Origin: Smithella sp.
GTDB lineage: Bacteria; Desulfobacterota; Syntrophia; Syntrophales; Smithellaceae
Reading direction: 5' to 3'
DNA: 64,000 bases
NCBI GenBank assembly: GCA_049523355.1
Contig: JBEKMY010000001.1
Coordinates: 76,454-140,453 of the forward strand
Shown here: positions 30,307 to 39,450 of the stretch, piece after piece
Layout of the letters: each line of letters opens with the position of its first letter
Position numbering within the stretch: position 1 is the first letter of the stretch
Program-made: the position numbers and the translations under genes
The notes under the pieces: model-generated
What the model was told of the DNA's origin: nothing
The model's input: only the letters and a program-made list of their open reading frames with translations
Database searches by the model: none

Positions 30307-32361
30307 TTGGTAAAAATTATGCCGTTGCGTCGTAGAAGGTCAAATAAAAAAATTGAAAGAGATGGTGATGGAGAAGTTAAAAAACTTTCCACTCTTTTTA
30401 CTATCTTCATGGGTGTGATTGTTGTTGTTTTACTGATGACGGTTGGTGGAACTGTTGCCTACTATGCATTTACCCTGGATTTACCCGGAATTGACGCTCT
30501 TAAAGATTATCGTCCAAGCATTGCCTCTCGTGTTTATGATAATAACAACCAATTAATTGATGAATTTTTTCTGGAAGATAGAAAACTTGTCCGGATCAAT
30601 GAAGTTCCGAAGATGGTAATCCATGCTTTTGTTGCCGCGGAAGATTCCCGTTTTTATGAGCATAAGGGTGTGGATATACTTGGCATTTTCCGAGCAGTAT
30701 TAAAAAATTTTGAAGCAGGGCATATAATCCAGGGAGCCAGCACTATTACGCAACAGGTAGCCAAGATGATGTATCTTTCACCAGAAAAAAAATATACTCG
30801 TAAGCTAAAAGAAGCAATTCTTGCTTATAAAATTGATAAGTACCTGAATAAAGACGAAATTCTAAATTTATATCTAAACCAGATTTATCTGGGACACGGC
30901 ACCTACGGAATAGAATCGGCGGCATTGGGTTACTTCGGCAAAAGCGCCAAAGATTTGAAACTGCAAGAAGCGGCCCTGCTGGCTGGCTTGCCTAAAGCTC
31001 CCAGCACCTACTCACCGTTTCTTCATTATGAAAAAGCCAAACAAAGACAAATTTATGTTCTTACACGTATGATGGAAGACGGTTACATATCAAAGGAAGA
31101 AATGGAAAAAGCGTCCGTCGCTCCATTGAAATTGCGGCCAATAAGACCCAAAGATAAGGTTGCCGCTTATTTTGTGGAAAACGTCCGCCGCTATGTGCAG
31201 GAAAAATATGGCGCCGACGTTCTATACAAGGAAGGTCTTTCCATTTATACGACACTGGATTTGAACGCGCAAAAATACGCAAGCGAAGCTATGGAAAAAG
31301 GTTTAAAGGATTTGGAAGAAAGAGAGAAATATCAACCCGGTCTTGTTCAGGGCGCGCTTTTTTGCATGGATGTGAAGACAGGCGCTATTCGTGCGATGGT
31401 CGGGGGACGTGATTTCAATAAAAGTGAATTCAACCGCGCGACACAGTCCCGCAGGCAACCCGGCTCAGCTTTCAAACCTATTATTTACACAGCGGCTTTT
31501 GATAAGGGTTTGACTCCGGCAACGGTATTTGTTGATTCTCCTATTTCTCTGGAAGATCCGTCTCAGGAAGGCGGTGTCTGGAAACCGAAAAACTTTGATG
31601 AAAAATTCATGGGGCCGATTACCATGAGGACCGCACTTGTTCTTTCCCGCAATGTTGTTACAGTTAAAATTTTACAGGAAATCGGGGTGGATTACGTGGT
31701 ATCATACGCTGCGAATATGGGAATCACTTCACCTCTGGTGCGGACATTATCATTGGCGTTAGGTGTATCCGGCGTAACGCTGCAGGAACTCGTCCAGGCC
31801 TATGGTGTTCTGGCTAATCAGGGTATAAAAGTAACGCCGTATTTCATTAAAAAGATAGTTGACCGCACCGGTAATGTTTTTGAAGAGACAAAGGTTCAGT
31901 CGGAACAGGTTATTGATCCCCGTATCGCTTTTATAACAACCCATGTAATGCAGGATGTTGTGACAAGGGGTACCGGTACGTTTGTTAGGGGCATAGGAAG
32001 ACCAGTTGCCGCGAAAACCGGAACGACAAATGACAATCGTGACGCCTGGTTTATCGGCGCCACCCCCTCCCTGATTACCGGAATTTGGGTTGGTTTTGAT
32101 CAGGAAATGACTCTGGGAAAACAGGAAGTAGGTGGAAAAACGGCGGCTCCGATCTGGCTTTATTTTATGGAAAATGCCCTGCAAAAAACGCCTGTGGAAT
32201 CATTTCCCGTGCCGCAAGGTATTGTGTTTGTCAAGGTTAATTCCCAGACAGGAAAGCCGTCAAGCGGTGCAGGAACCATTTCCGAAGCCTTCCTGGAAGG
32301 CGCAGCGCCAAAAGAAAGAGCCGGCGGCATGACTGACGACAAAGAAGATTTATTCCGATAA
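30307..32361 (+). CDS. mrcA: Penicillin-binding protein 1A (bifunctional glycosyltransferase/transpeptidase)
   Basis: GT51 motifs (AAEDSRFYEHKGVD, GASTITQQ). Transpeptidase motifs SAFKP, SRN and KTGTT. The true start may be the ATG at 30319. Confidence 0.9.
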   Translation: MVKIMPLRRRRSNKKIERDGDGEVKKLSTLFTIFMGVIVVVLLMTVGGTVAYYAFTLDLPGIDALKDYRPSIASRVYDNNNQLIDEFFLEDRKLVRINEVPKMVIHAFVAAEDSRFYEHKGVDILGIFRAVLKNFEAGHIIQGASTITQQVAKMMYLSPEKKYTRKLKEAILAYKIDKYLNKDEILNLYLNQIYLGHGTYGIESAALGYFGKSAKDLKLQEAALLAGLPKAPSTYSPFLHYEKAKQRQIYVLTRMMEDGYISKEEMEKASVAPLKLRPIRPKDKVAAYFVENVRRYVQEKYGADVLYKEGLSIYTTLDLNAQKYASEAMEKGLKDLEEREKYQPGLVQGALFCMDVKTGAIRAMVGGRDFNKSEFNRATQSRRQPGSAFKPIIYTAAFDKGLTPATVFVDSPISLEDPSQEGGVWKPKNFDEKFMGPITMRTALVLSRNVVTVKILQEIGVDYVVSYAANMGITSPLVRTLSLALGVSGVTLQELVQAYGVLANQGIKVTPYFIKKIVDRTGNVFEETKVQSEQVIDPRIAFITTHVMQDVVTRGTGTFVRGIGRPVAAKTGTTNDNRDAWFIGATPSLITGIWVGFDQEMTLGKQEVGGKTAAPIWLYFMENALQKTPVESFPVPQGIVFVKVNSQTGKPSSGAGTISEAFLEGAAPKERAGGMTDDKEDLFR

Positions 32362-32517
32362 AAATTAATCTTTTCCTAAAAGTTTTTATACATACCAGCG
32401 GCAAAACACCGTGAGAAATAAAGATTTGTTTTAATAACATAATAAGTTAGTTAAATTTAATAATTAATAAAAATGTTTTTGATGATTCCTGTTACCGACG
32501 AGAAGAAAACTTGAAAG

Positions 32518-33372
32518 ATGTCAGATCGCAACGCAAGCAGCACCGCTTTAGGAACATTATATATGCGGGCCGTGCATCAATTGCTGGACGCGTATCCTTT
32601 AATCCTTGATGATCCTGCCGCCCTCACCTTGTTGGGGGAAGATGCTATGCGGCAGATTAAGAAAAGCCATAAACACCATCGCAAACTTGAAGCGCGTGCG
32701 TTGCGCGCTCATGTTGTCCTGCGTTCGCGTTTCACCGAAGACCGCCTTGCCGAAGCCGTTGAACGGGGAGTTGTGCAATATGTAATTCTTGGCGCAGGCT
32801 TCGATACCTTTGCCTTCAGACAGCCTGTATGGGCCCGGAATTTGAAAATCTTTGAAATCGATCAGCCGGCAACACAGGCTCAGAAACGCGTCCGGTTATC
32901 TGAGGCAGGTATGGTCATTTTGCCAAACCTGCGATTTGCCGCTATTGATTTTGAACGTGAATCATTGCGTGACGGGCTTATCAGGAACGGTGTTTCTATG
33001 ACCGAGCCAACATTCTTTTCCTGGCTTGGCGTTACCATGTATATTCAGGAAGAGGCGATTAATACTGTTCTCCGGACAGTTGTCGAGTTTCCGGCCCAAA
33101 GCGAAATCGTATTCACTTTTACCCAACCTCCGGATTTATTATCAGGGGCGGAAAGCAAGTTTCATTCTTCACTTTCCAAAGTTGTTACCGATGCCGGAGA
33201 GCCTTTTGTCAGTTACTTTACTCTGGCCGCAATCGAAGGGAAATTGCGTGACGCGGGATTTAAAAATATAGCATTTCTTTCAAACGACGAAGCCGAAAAA
33301 CGATACTTCCGTAAGCGTCCGCCGGACCTCTTCATCTCAAAACGCACCTCCATCGCCTACGCAATGCTTTAA
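32518..33372 (+). CDS. Class I SAM-dependent methyltransferase (LCM/TIGR00027-like O-methyltransferase family)
   Basis: The N-terminal STALGTLYMRAVH..., VILGAGFDT and WLGVTMY motifs are typical of this family. Confidence 0.7.
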   Translation: MSDRNASSTALGTLYMRAVHQLLDAYPLILDDPAALTLLGEDAMRQIKKSHKHHRKLEARALRAHVVLRSRFTEDRLAEAVERGVVQYVILGAGFDTFAFRQPVWARNLKIFEIDQPATQAQKRVRLSEAGMVILPNLRFAAIDFERESLRDGLIRNGVSMTEPTFFSWLGVTMYIQEEAINTVLRTVVEFPAQSEIVFTFTQPPDLLSGAESKFHSSLSKVVTDAGEPFVSYFTLAAIEGKLRDAGFKNIAFLSNDEAEKRYFRKRPPDLFISKRTSIAYAML

Positions 33373-33412
33373 TCTGGTCGAACTGGTGTTATAATGTGAG
33401 CTAAAAATGTGG

Positions 33413-33441
33413 TTGACAAACATTTTGTTTTTCGCTATTTA
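33413..33441 (+). promoter_or_regulatory. Sigma-70-type promoter candidate for the ilv leader (TTGACA - 17 nt - TATTTA)
   Basis: Perfect -35 hexamer, 17-nt spacer and a 4/6 match at -10, about 30 nt upstream of the leader ORF. Confidence 0.5.
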
Positions 33442-33473
33442 TTGTTCAGATTAATTTAATGGAATGAAAATTT

Positions 33474-33575
33474 ATGTTTCTTAAAGATTTAGACAGCGGC
33501 ATTATCCGGATACTGAAAAAAGTATTGGTCCTCGTAGTGGTCGTACTTACGGGGTCTGCCGCTCTGTATCTTTAG
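33474..33575 (+). CDS. Candidate ilv leader peptide (33 aa, MFLKDLDSGIIRILKKVLVLVVVVLTGSAALYL)
   Basis: 17 of 33 residues are Ile/Leu/Val, including the run VLVLVVVVL. It lies between a promoter-like site and hairpin/U-tract structures, 150 nt upstream of ilvB. Confidence 0.45.
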   Translation: MFLKDLDSGIIRILKKVLVLVVVVLTGSAALYL

Positions 33576-33595
33576 GAAATAAAAACAAAAGATAC

Positions 33596-33676
33596 AAGCC
33601 GCAGGCTCCTGAAGCCCGCGGCTTTGTTGTTTCAGGCAAAAAGCCGCTTTTTCGAAAAGAAACTGGCGGTTTTTTT
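33596..33676 (+). promoter_or_regulatory. Candidate transcription attenuator (two hairpin+U-tract structures with an alternative pairing)
   Basis: Hairpin 1 is aagccgcaggc/gcccgcggctt (33596-33624), followed by tttgttgttt. The segment gcggcttt (33618-33625) can instead pair with aaagccgc (33640-33647). A second stem, aaaaagccgc...gcggttttttt, ends in T7 (33670-33676). Confidence 0.45.
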
Positions 33677-33725
33677 AGTTTTAATGAATTTAAGTTTATA
33701 AATTGCATTTTGAGGGAGATATAAG

Positions 33726-35429
33726 ATGAAGCTGAGAGGAACTCAAATACTACTGAAGGCGCTTGAAGAAGAAAAGGTTGATATTATCTTCGGGTATCCC
33801 GGGGGAGCCGTTCTTGATATCTACGATCAGCTTTATAAAAGTAATACGAAACATATTCTGGTTCGGCATGAGCAGGGCGCTGTGCATGCCGCAGACGGCT
33901 ACGCCCGCGCTACGGGAAAAGTGGGAGTGTGCCTTGTTACCTCAGGTCCCGGAGCCACCAATACCGTTACCGGCATTGCCACGGCGAATATGGATTCCAT
34001 TCCTCTTGTCATTTTTACGGGACAGGTGCCCACGGGACTTATCGGTAATGATGCTTTTCAGGAATGCGATATTACAGGAATAACACGTCCCTGTACAAAG
34101 CATAATTTTCTGGTGCGCAATATTGACGAGCTCGCTTCGACGATTAAAGAAGCATTTCATATCGCCCGCTCGGGAAGACCGGGGCCGGTTCTTGTTGATT
34201 TGCCCAAAAATGTGATGGTGGCGGAAACAGAATATGACCCCGCCAATATAAAAATCAGAAACTATGAAGCGTCATACAAACCGGCTCCCAAGAAAATGTC
34301 CAATCTCTTTGAAATGCTGACTTCCGCTAAAAGACCTCTAATCATGACCGGCGGCGGTGTTATCTTGGGAAAGGCCTCCGCGCAGCTAACGGGGCTGGCC
34401 AGAAGATATCAGATTCCGGTTACCGGCACTTTGATGGGGTTGGGTTCTTTTCCGGGGAGTGATTCGCTCTGGTTGGGAATGCTGGGGATGCACGGCACTT
34501 ACTACGCGAATATGGCCATCAGCCACTGCGATTTACTTCTTGCCGTGGGCGTGAGATTTGACGACAGGGTCACCGGCACCATTGAGACATTTGCTGCCAA
34601 CGCCAAAATTGTCCAGATTGATGTTGACCCATCCTCCATTAATAAAAATGTTACTGTCGATTTGCCGATAATCGGCGATACAACAGCGGTACTTAATGAT
34701 TTGCTTAAATTCCTGGATGAACATAATTATACATATGAAGCAGCCCGGCGGCAGGAATGGCTGGGGCAGATTGCCGAATGGAAAGAAAAAGTGCCGTTGA
34801 CATATTGCCAAAACAGCAAAGAAATTAAACCGCAGTTTGTAATTGAAACTCTGCATAAATTGACTAAAAGCGACGCGATTATCACAACGGAAGTCGGTCA
34901 AAATCAGATGTGGACAGCGCAGTTTTTTCCTTTTGAAAAGCCTAATACTTTTATTTCTTCGGGCGGATTGGGGACAATGGGTTTCGGCCTGCCCGCGGCT
35001 ATAGGCATCAAATGCGCCTTTCCGGATAAACAGGTTGTGGATATTGCCGGCGACGGCAGCATCCAGATGAATATTCAGGAACTGGCCACTGCCGCGCAAT
35101 ACAAAATTAACGTGAAAATAGTCCTGTTGAACAATGGCTATCTGGGAATGGTCCGCCAGTGGCAGGAATTATTTTACGAGAAGCGCTATTCGCATACCGA
35201 TATGACTTACGCCCCTGACTTTGTTAAATTAGCGGAGGCGTTTGGCGTTGTCGGTCTGCGTGCCAGTAAACCGGAAGAAGTGGAAGCCGTTCTTCAAAAG
35301 GGGCTTTCCATGGACAAACCGGTGCTGATGGATTTCCGGGTGTCGCGTGAAGAAGGTGTTTATCCTATGGTGCATCCCGGCGATTCAATAGCCAATATGT
35401 CGCTGGGGAGCAGAGAAATGATTAACTAA
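33726..35429 (+). CDS. ilvB: Acetolactate synthase (AHAS) large subunit
   Basis: ThDP enzyme, 567 aa: GYPGGAVLDIYD, GPGATN and GLGTMGFGLPAAIG...GDGS. Confidence 0.95.
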   Translation: MKLRGTQILLKALEEEKVDIIFGYPGGAVLDIYDQLYKSNTKHILVRHEQGAVHAADGYARATGKVGVCLVTSGPGATNTVTGIATANMDSIPLVIFTGQVPTGLIGNDAFQECDITGITRPCTKHNFLVRNIDELASTIKEAFHIARSGRPGPVLVDLPKNVMVAETEYDPANIKIRNYEASYKPAPKKMSNLFEMLTSAKRPLIMTGGGVILGKASAQLTGLARRYQIPVTGTLMGLGSFPGSDSLWLGMLGMHGTYYANMAISHCDLLLAVGVRFDDRVTGTIETFAANAKIVQIDVDPSSINKNVTVDLPIIGDTTAVLNDLLKFLDEHNYTYEAARRQEWLGQIAEWKEKVPLTYCQNSKEIKPQFVIETLHKLTKSDAIITTEVGQNQMWTAQFFPFEKPNTFISSGGLGTMGFGLPAAIGIKCAFPDKQVVDIAGDGSIQMNIQELATAAQYKINVKIVLLNNGYLGMVRQWQELFYEKRYSHTDMTYAPDFVKLAEAFGVVGLRASKPEEVEAVLQKGLSMDKPVLMDFRVSREEGVYPMVHPGDSIANMSLGSREMIN

Positions 35430-35430
35430 A

Positions 35431-35525
35431 GACTTCGTGAAAAGTCTGGGGGCATGGCCTTGCTTCGCATATGCGCTGCAAGGCAAATACCTTGATCGCC
35501 TCGTATCCGGAACTTTTGACGAAAC
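35431..35525 (-). repeat. Divergent member of the intergenic repeat superfamily, inserted between ilvB and ilvN
   Basis: Terminal inverted repeats gacttcgtgaaaagtc / gaacttttgacgaaac. The left end matches the reverse complement of 40303-40319. The central 7-bp hairpin is gccttgc...gcaaggc (35457-35484). Confidence 0.5.
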
Positions 35526-35562
35526 CTTTAAAAAAATAATAAATAATGACGAGGTTAAAAAA

Positions 35563-36048
35563 ATGGAAAAAAAGGAACACATAATTTCAATACTTGTTCA
35601 CAACAAGCCGGACGTGCTGGCCAGAATTGCCGGAACGCTGGGTGGTAAAGGCTATAACATTGAAAGCCTCAGCGTGAATTCGACCACGCAATACGAAATA
35701 TCAAAAATAGTTATGACCACCGTGGGCTCTCAGGAAACGGTTACTCGTATTGAAAATCAACTGCAAAGGCTTGTTGATGTTATTGCGGTTGATGATTTAA
35801 CCAATGTGGAATCGATTCATCGCGAGCTTATTCTTGTTCGCCTGAATTTAACAACTGACAAAAAAGAGCAGATAAAGAAAGCGGTTGACACAAATAAATG
35901 GAAAGTAATAGTGTCCGCCGATGCGTATATGATTTTGGAAATAACCGGCGACCAGTCACAAATCGGTTTTGCTTTGGCGCGTTTGGAACCGCTGGGTATC
36001 GCTGATATAACAAGAACAGGAATTATAGCGTTGAATTTGGAGAACTAA
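35563..36048 (+). CDS. ilvN: Acetolactate synthase small (regulatory) subunit
   Basis: ACT domain HIISILVHNKPDVLARIAGTLGGKGYNIESLSV. The track ORF (35437) is extended 5' through the repeat, so the ATG at 35563 is preferred. Confidence 0.9.
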   Translation: MEKKEHIISILVHNKPDVLARIAGTLGGKGYNIESLSVNSTTQYEISKIVMTTVGSQETVTRIENQLQRLVDVIAVDDLTNVESIHRELILVRLNLTTDKKEQIKKAVDTNKWKVIVSADAYMILEITGDQSQIGFALARLEPLGIADITRTGIIALNLEN

Positions 36049-36083
36049 TACAATTTATCAATATTTAATTATAGGGGGTTATC

Positions 36084-37139
36084 ATGGCAAAAATTAATTT
36101 TGGCGGAGTTATGGAAGATGTCATCACATCGAAAGAATTTTCTTTGAAGAGGGCTCAAAAAGTTTTGAAAAATGAAGTCGTTGCGGTGCTGGGTTACGGT
36201 GTTCAGGGGCCGGCGCAGGCTTTTAATATGAGAGATAACGGTATCAATGTTATTATCGGTCAGGCAAAGGAAGATAAGCGATATTGGAAAAAGGCCATTG
36301 CCGATGGCTGGGTGCCCGGTAAAACGCTTTTTCCTATTGAAGAAGCTGTTCAGCGTGGCACGATTATTCAGTATCTTGTTTCCGATGCCGCTCAGAAAAT
36401 TCTCTGGCCCAAGGTCAAGGCCAATCTGAAAAAAGGCGACGCGCTTTATTTTTCGCATGGATTTTCCGTTGTTTATAAAAAGCAGACCAGCGTTATTCCG
36501 CCTGCTTTTGTAGATGTTATCATGGTCGCGCCTAAAGGATCGGGGACCAGTGTCCGCAGAAATTTTCTGGATGGCAGTGGTATAAACTCCAGTTTTGCCG
36601 TGCATCAGGATTACACCGGACGAGCCATGGAAAGAACTCTGGCTCTGGGCATCGCCATCGGCTCAGGGTTTTTGTTCCCGACCACTTTCCAGAAGGAAGT
36701 TTACAGTGATTTGACCGGCGAACGCGGCGTGCTCATGGGCGCGCTGGCGGGCATGATGGAGGCGCAGTACAATGAACTTCGCAAACATGGTCACACTCCC
36801 AGCGAAGCCTTCAACGAAACAGTTGAAGAACTCACTCAAAGCCTTATTCGACTGGTTGCGGAAAATGGCATGGATTGGATGTACGCCAATTGCTCAGCCA
36901 CGGCTCAGCGCGGAGCTCTGGACTGGCGCCATAAGTTCCGCAAGGCGGTAGCGCCGGTATTTACCGAACTTTATAAATCCGTAGCGAACGGCAAAGAAAC
37001 GGAAATTGTGTTGCGAGTCAACAGCGCTCCGGATTATAAAGTTAAACTGGAAAAAGAACTCAAAGAAATGCGTGATTCGGAAATGTGGAAAGCGGGAGCC
37101 GCCGTTCGCGAATTGAGACCGGAAAAACGAAAAAAATAA
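36084..37139 (+). CDS. ilvC: Ketol-acid reductoisomerase
   Basis: VAVLGYGVQGPAQAFNMRDNG and class I KARI motifs, 351 aa. Confidence 0.95.
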   Translation: MAKINFGGVMEDVITSKEFSLKRAQKVLKNEVVAVLGYGVQGPAQAFNMRDNGINVIIGQAKEDKRYWKKAIADGWVPGKTLFPIEEAVQRGTIIQYLVSDAAQKILWPKVKANLKKGDALYFSHGFSVVYKKQTSVIPPAFVDVIMVAPKGSGTSVRRNFLDGSGINSSFAVHQDYTGRAMERTLALGIAIGSGFLFPTTFQKEVYSDLTGERGVLMGALAGMMEAQYNELRKHGHTPSEAFNETVEELTQSLIRLVAENGMDWMYANCSATAQRGALDWRHKFRKAVAPVFTELYKSVANGKETEIVLRVNSAPDYKVKLEKELKEMRDSEMWKAGAAVRELRPEKRKK

Positions 37140-37260
37140 CAGACGGCTCTGTAAAGAGTCCATCTGCGGAGCCTGCCGAGGTTATGGCCGGTGTAATGCT
37201 GCATGGCAATCTGTATTTTATTTATTAAGAAATTTGTTAAATTAAAAGGGAGAGTAAACA

Positions 37261-38922
37261 ATGAGAAGCGATCTCATGAAAAAAGGTTTGGAGCGGGCGC
37301 CGCATCGTTCACTTTTTAAGGCGATGGGCTATACGGATGAAGAAATTGCGCAGCCATTGATTGGTGTTGTAAATTCCGCCAATGAAATTATTCCCGGACA
37401 CATCCATCTGGATTTAATCACTCAGGATGTTAAAGCGGGAATCCGTACGGCTGGGGGCACACCAGTGGAATTTCCGGTTATCGGCGTTTGTGACGGCATC
37501 GCGATGGGACATGCCGGTATGAAATATTCACTTGCCAGCCGCGAACTGATTGCCGATTCCATCGAGATTATGGCCAATGCTCATCCTTTTGACGCTCTCG
37601 TGTTCATTCCTAATTGCGACAAGATTATTCCCGGCATGCTCATGGCGGCATTGCGCCTGAACATTCCGGCTATTTTCATCAGCGGCGGTCCGATGCTGGC
37701 GGGACAACTTCAGGGTAAAGGCGTCGACCTCATCAGCGTTTTTGAAGGTGTGGGAGCGGTCAAAGCCAAAAAAATGACAGCCGCCGCGTTGAAGCAGCTG
37801 GAGGATTGCGCCTGTCCTGGTTGCGGTTCCTGCTCCGGCATGTACACGGCCAATTCCATGAACTGTGTAACGGAAGCGCTTGGTCTTGGATTACCCGGCC
37901 ATGGAACTATTCCGGCGGTGCTGGCTTCCCGTCACCGGCTGGCCAAACATGCCGGGATGAAAATAATGGATTTACTCAAGCGCAACGTCAGGCCGCGCGA
38001 TATCTGTACTCTTGCCGCTTTTAAAAATGCCATCGCCGTGGATATGGCGCTTGGTTGTTCCACCAATACCGTTTTACATATTCCCGCCGTTGCTCATGAA
38101 GCGGGAATCAAGCTCGATTTAAACCTCTTCAATAAAATCAGCGGGGAAACGCCCAATCTCTGCAAGCTCAGTCCAGCCGGACATCATCATATTGAAGATC
38201 TGGATGCGGCAGGTGGCATTCAGGCCGTAATGAAAGTAATCAGCGCCCTGGGCGTGATTGATGAAAAGGCAATTACCGTAACCGGCAAAACAGTCGGCGC
38301 CAATTTAAAAAACGCACGTGTTTTGAATACTGACGTAATCAGAACTTTGAAAAATGCCTATTCACAGCAGGGCGGCATCGCGATTTTGCGCGGTAATCTC
38401 GCGCCGGATGGAGCGGTGGTGAAACAATCCGCAGTGGCGCAGGCGATGCAGATAAACGAAAGCAGGGCCCGCGTGTTTGATTGCGAAGATGACGCCATCG
38501 CGGCAATCCTGGGCGGCAGGATTAAAGGCGGCGACATTGTGGTTATCCGCTATGAAGGACCCAAAGGCGGCCCGGGCATGAGAGAAATGCTTTCGCCCAC
38601 TTCAGCAATCGTGGGAATGGGGCTGGATAAGACAGTGGCGCTTTTGACGGACGGACGTTTCAGCGGCGGCACGCAGGGCGCGGCAATCGGCCACATATCG
38701 CCCGAAGCCGCGGAAGGCGGACCGATCGCGCTTGTAAAAGAAGGCGATATTATTGCCATTGATATTCCGGCCAAAAAGCTGAACCTGAAAGTAAGCGATC
38801 AGGAACTGGCTAAGAGAAGAAAGAGTTTAAAGCCGTTTAAACCGGCAATAACGTCAGGCTATCTGGCGAGATACGCCAAGTTGGTGACGTCGACGTCAAC
38901 GGGCGCAATCTTCAAAGACTGA
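37261..38922 (+). CDS. ilvD: Dihydroxy-acid dehydratase
   Basis: 553 aa: [26 protein letters not shown] and [15 protein letters not shown]. Confidence 0.95.
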   Translation: MRSDLMKKGLERAPHRSLFKAMGYTDEEIAQPLIGVVNSANEIIPGHIHLDLITQDVKAGIRTAGGTPVEFPVIGVCDGIAMGHAGMKYSLASRELIADSIEIMANAHPFDALVFIPNCDKIIPGMLMAALRLNIPAIFISGGPMLAGQLQGKGVDLISVFEGVGAVKAKKMTAAALKQLEDCACPGCGSCSGMYTANSMNCVTEALGLGLPGHGTIPAVLASRHRLAKHAGMKIMDLLKRNVRPRDICTLAAFKNAIAVDMALGCSTNTVLHIPAVAHEAGIKLDLNLFNKISGETPNLCKLSPAGHHHIEDLDAAGGIQAVMKVISALGVIDEKAITVTGKTVGANLKNARVLNTDVIRTLKNAYSQQGGIAILRGNLAPDGAVVKQSAVAQAMQINESRARVFDCEDDAIAAILGGRIKGGDIVVIRYEGPKGGPGMREMLSPTSAIVGMGLDKTVALLTDGRFSGGTQGAAIGHISPEAAEGGPIALVKEGDIIAIDIPAKKLNLKVSDQELAKRRKSLKPFKPAITSGYLARYAKLVTSTSTGAIFKD

Positions 38923-38923
38923 T

Positions 38924-39049
38924 GGGGCTGTCCCAAAACGCCCATCTGCGGCGTTGCGCTTCGCCTTTCGTCATTGCGACGTATGCACAAAATACGTCTC
39001 ATTTCTCAAGGCTCGCGCGCCTTGCATCTGAACGTTTTTAAACAGCCCC
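38924..39049 (+). repeat. Intergenic repeat, family A (most complete copy), with terminal inverted repeats ggggctgt..aaaacg / cgttttt..acagcccc
   Basis: It starts 2 nt after the ilvD stop. The central perfect hairpin is gacgtat-gcacaaa-atacgtc (38978-38998). Collinear with 4141-4256, 27455-27570 (reverse complement), 40204-40313 and 41422-41457. Confidence 0.75.
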
Positions 39050-39054
39050 CAAAT

Positions 39055-39141
39055 GTTTTTAAATACGTATGCGGAGCCGACTCCTCGCCGCCGCGTTATC
39101 CATTGAAATCAAAATGGTATATATAGTAATCTTTGGTTTGA
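39055..39141 (+). repeat. Right-half fragment(s) of the family B repeat abutting the family A copy
   Basis: aaatacgtatgcggagccgactcctcgccgccgcgttatccattgaa...tggtat matches 52866-52925. The following atctttggtttgag matches the right end of 19833-19940. Confidence 0.55.
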
Positions 39142-39169
39142 GATAGGAATAAAATAAGAAGTAACTGTC

Positions 39170-39192
39170 ATTGCCGGGTTTGACCCGGCAAT
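39170..39192. repeat. REP-like 9-bp palindromic hairpin (attgccggg-tttga-cccggcaat)
   Basis: Perfect inverted repeat read directly from the sequence. Only a single copy occurs in this window. Confidence 0.4.
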
Positions 39193-39450
39193 CCAATGTT
39201 ATATGTGTAATCTTTTCAAAATAGATTATACGGGATTATATGTATCGCTTAAGCGACCACAGCCGTTTGAACCAAAGGCAAGTTTTGTAATCGCCTGCAA
39301 CGAGTCTTAGATCTATCCAACATGCTTTAAGGTTAAGCGAAAAGGATATTTAAGCAACACTCCGCAAAAGACACGACCTGATAAATAAATGTTATTCTGT
39401 ATTTTACCCTGATTTTTAGAATTCTCGTATAGTCGTTCTTTTTTGTTTTT

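Noticed and set aside
35437-35562. 42-codon N-terminal extension of the ilvN ORF (MKSLGAWPCFAYALQGKYLD...)
   Set aside because: The extension is the translation of an intergenic repeat copy. The conserved ACT-domain protein starts at the ATG at 35563.
34533-36605. Long antisense ORFs opposite ilvB (34533-35099, 188 aa) and ilvC (36069-36605, 178 aa)
   Set aside because: They lie opposite highly conserved enzymes, have low-complexity basic translations and lack start context.
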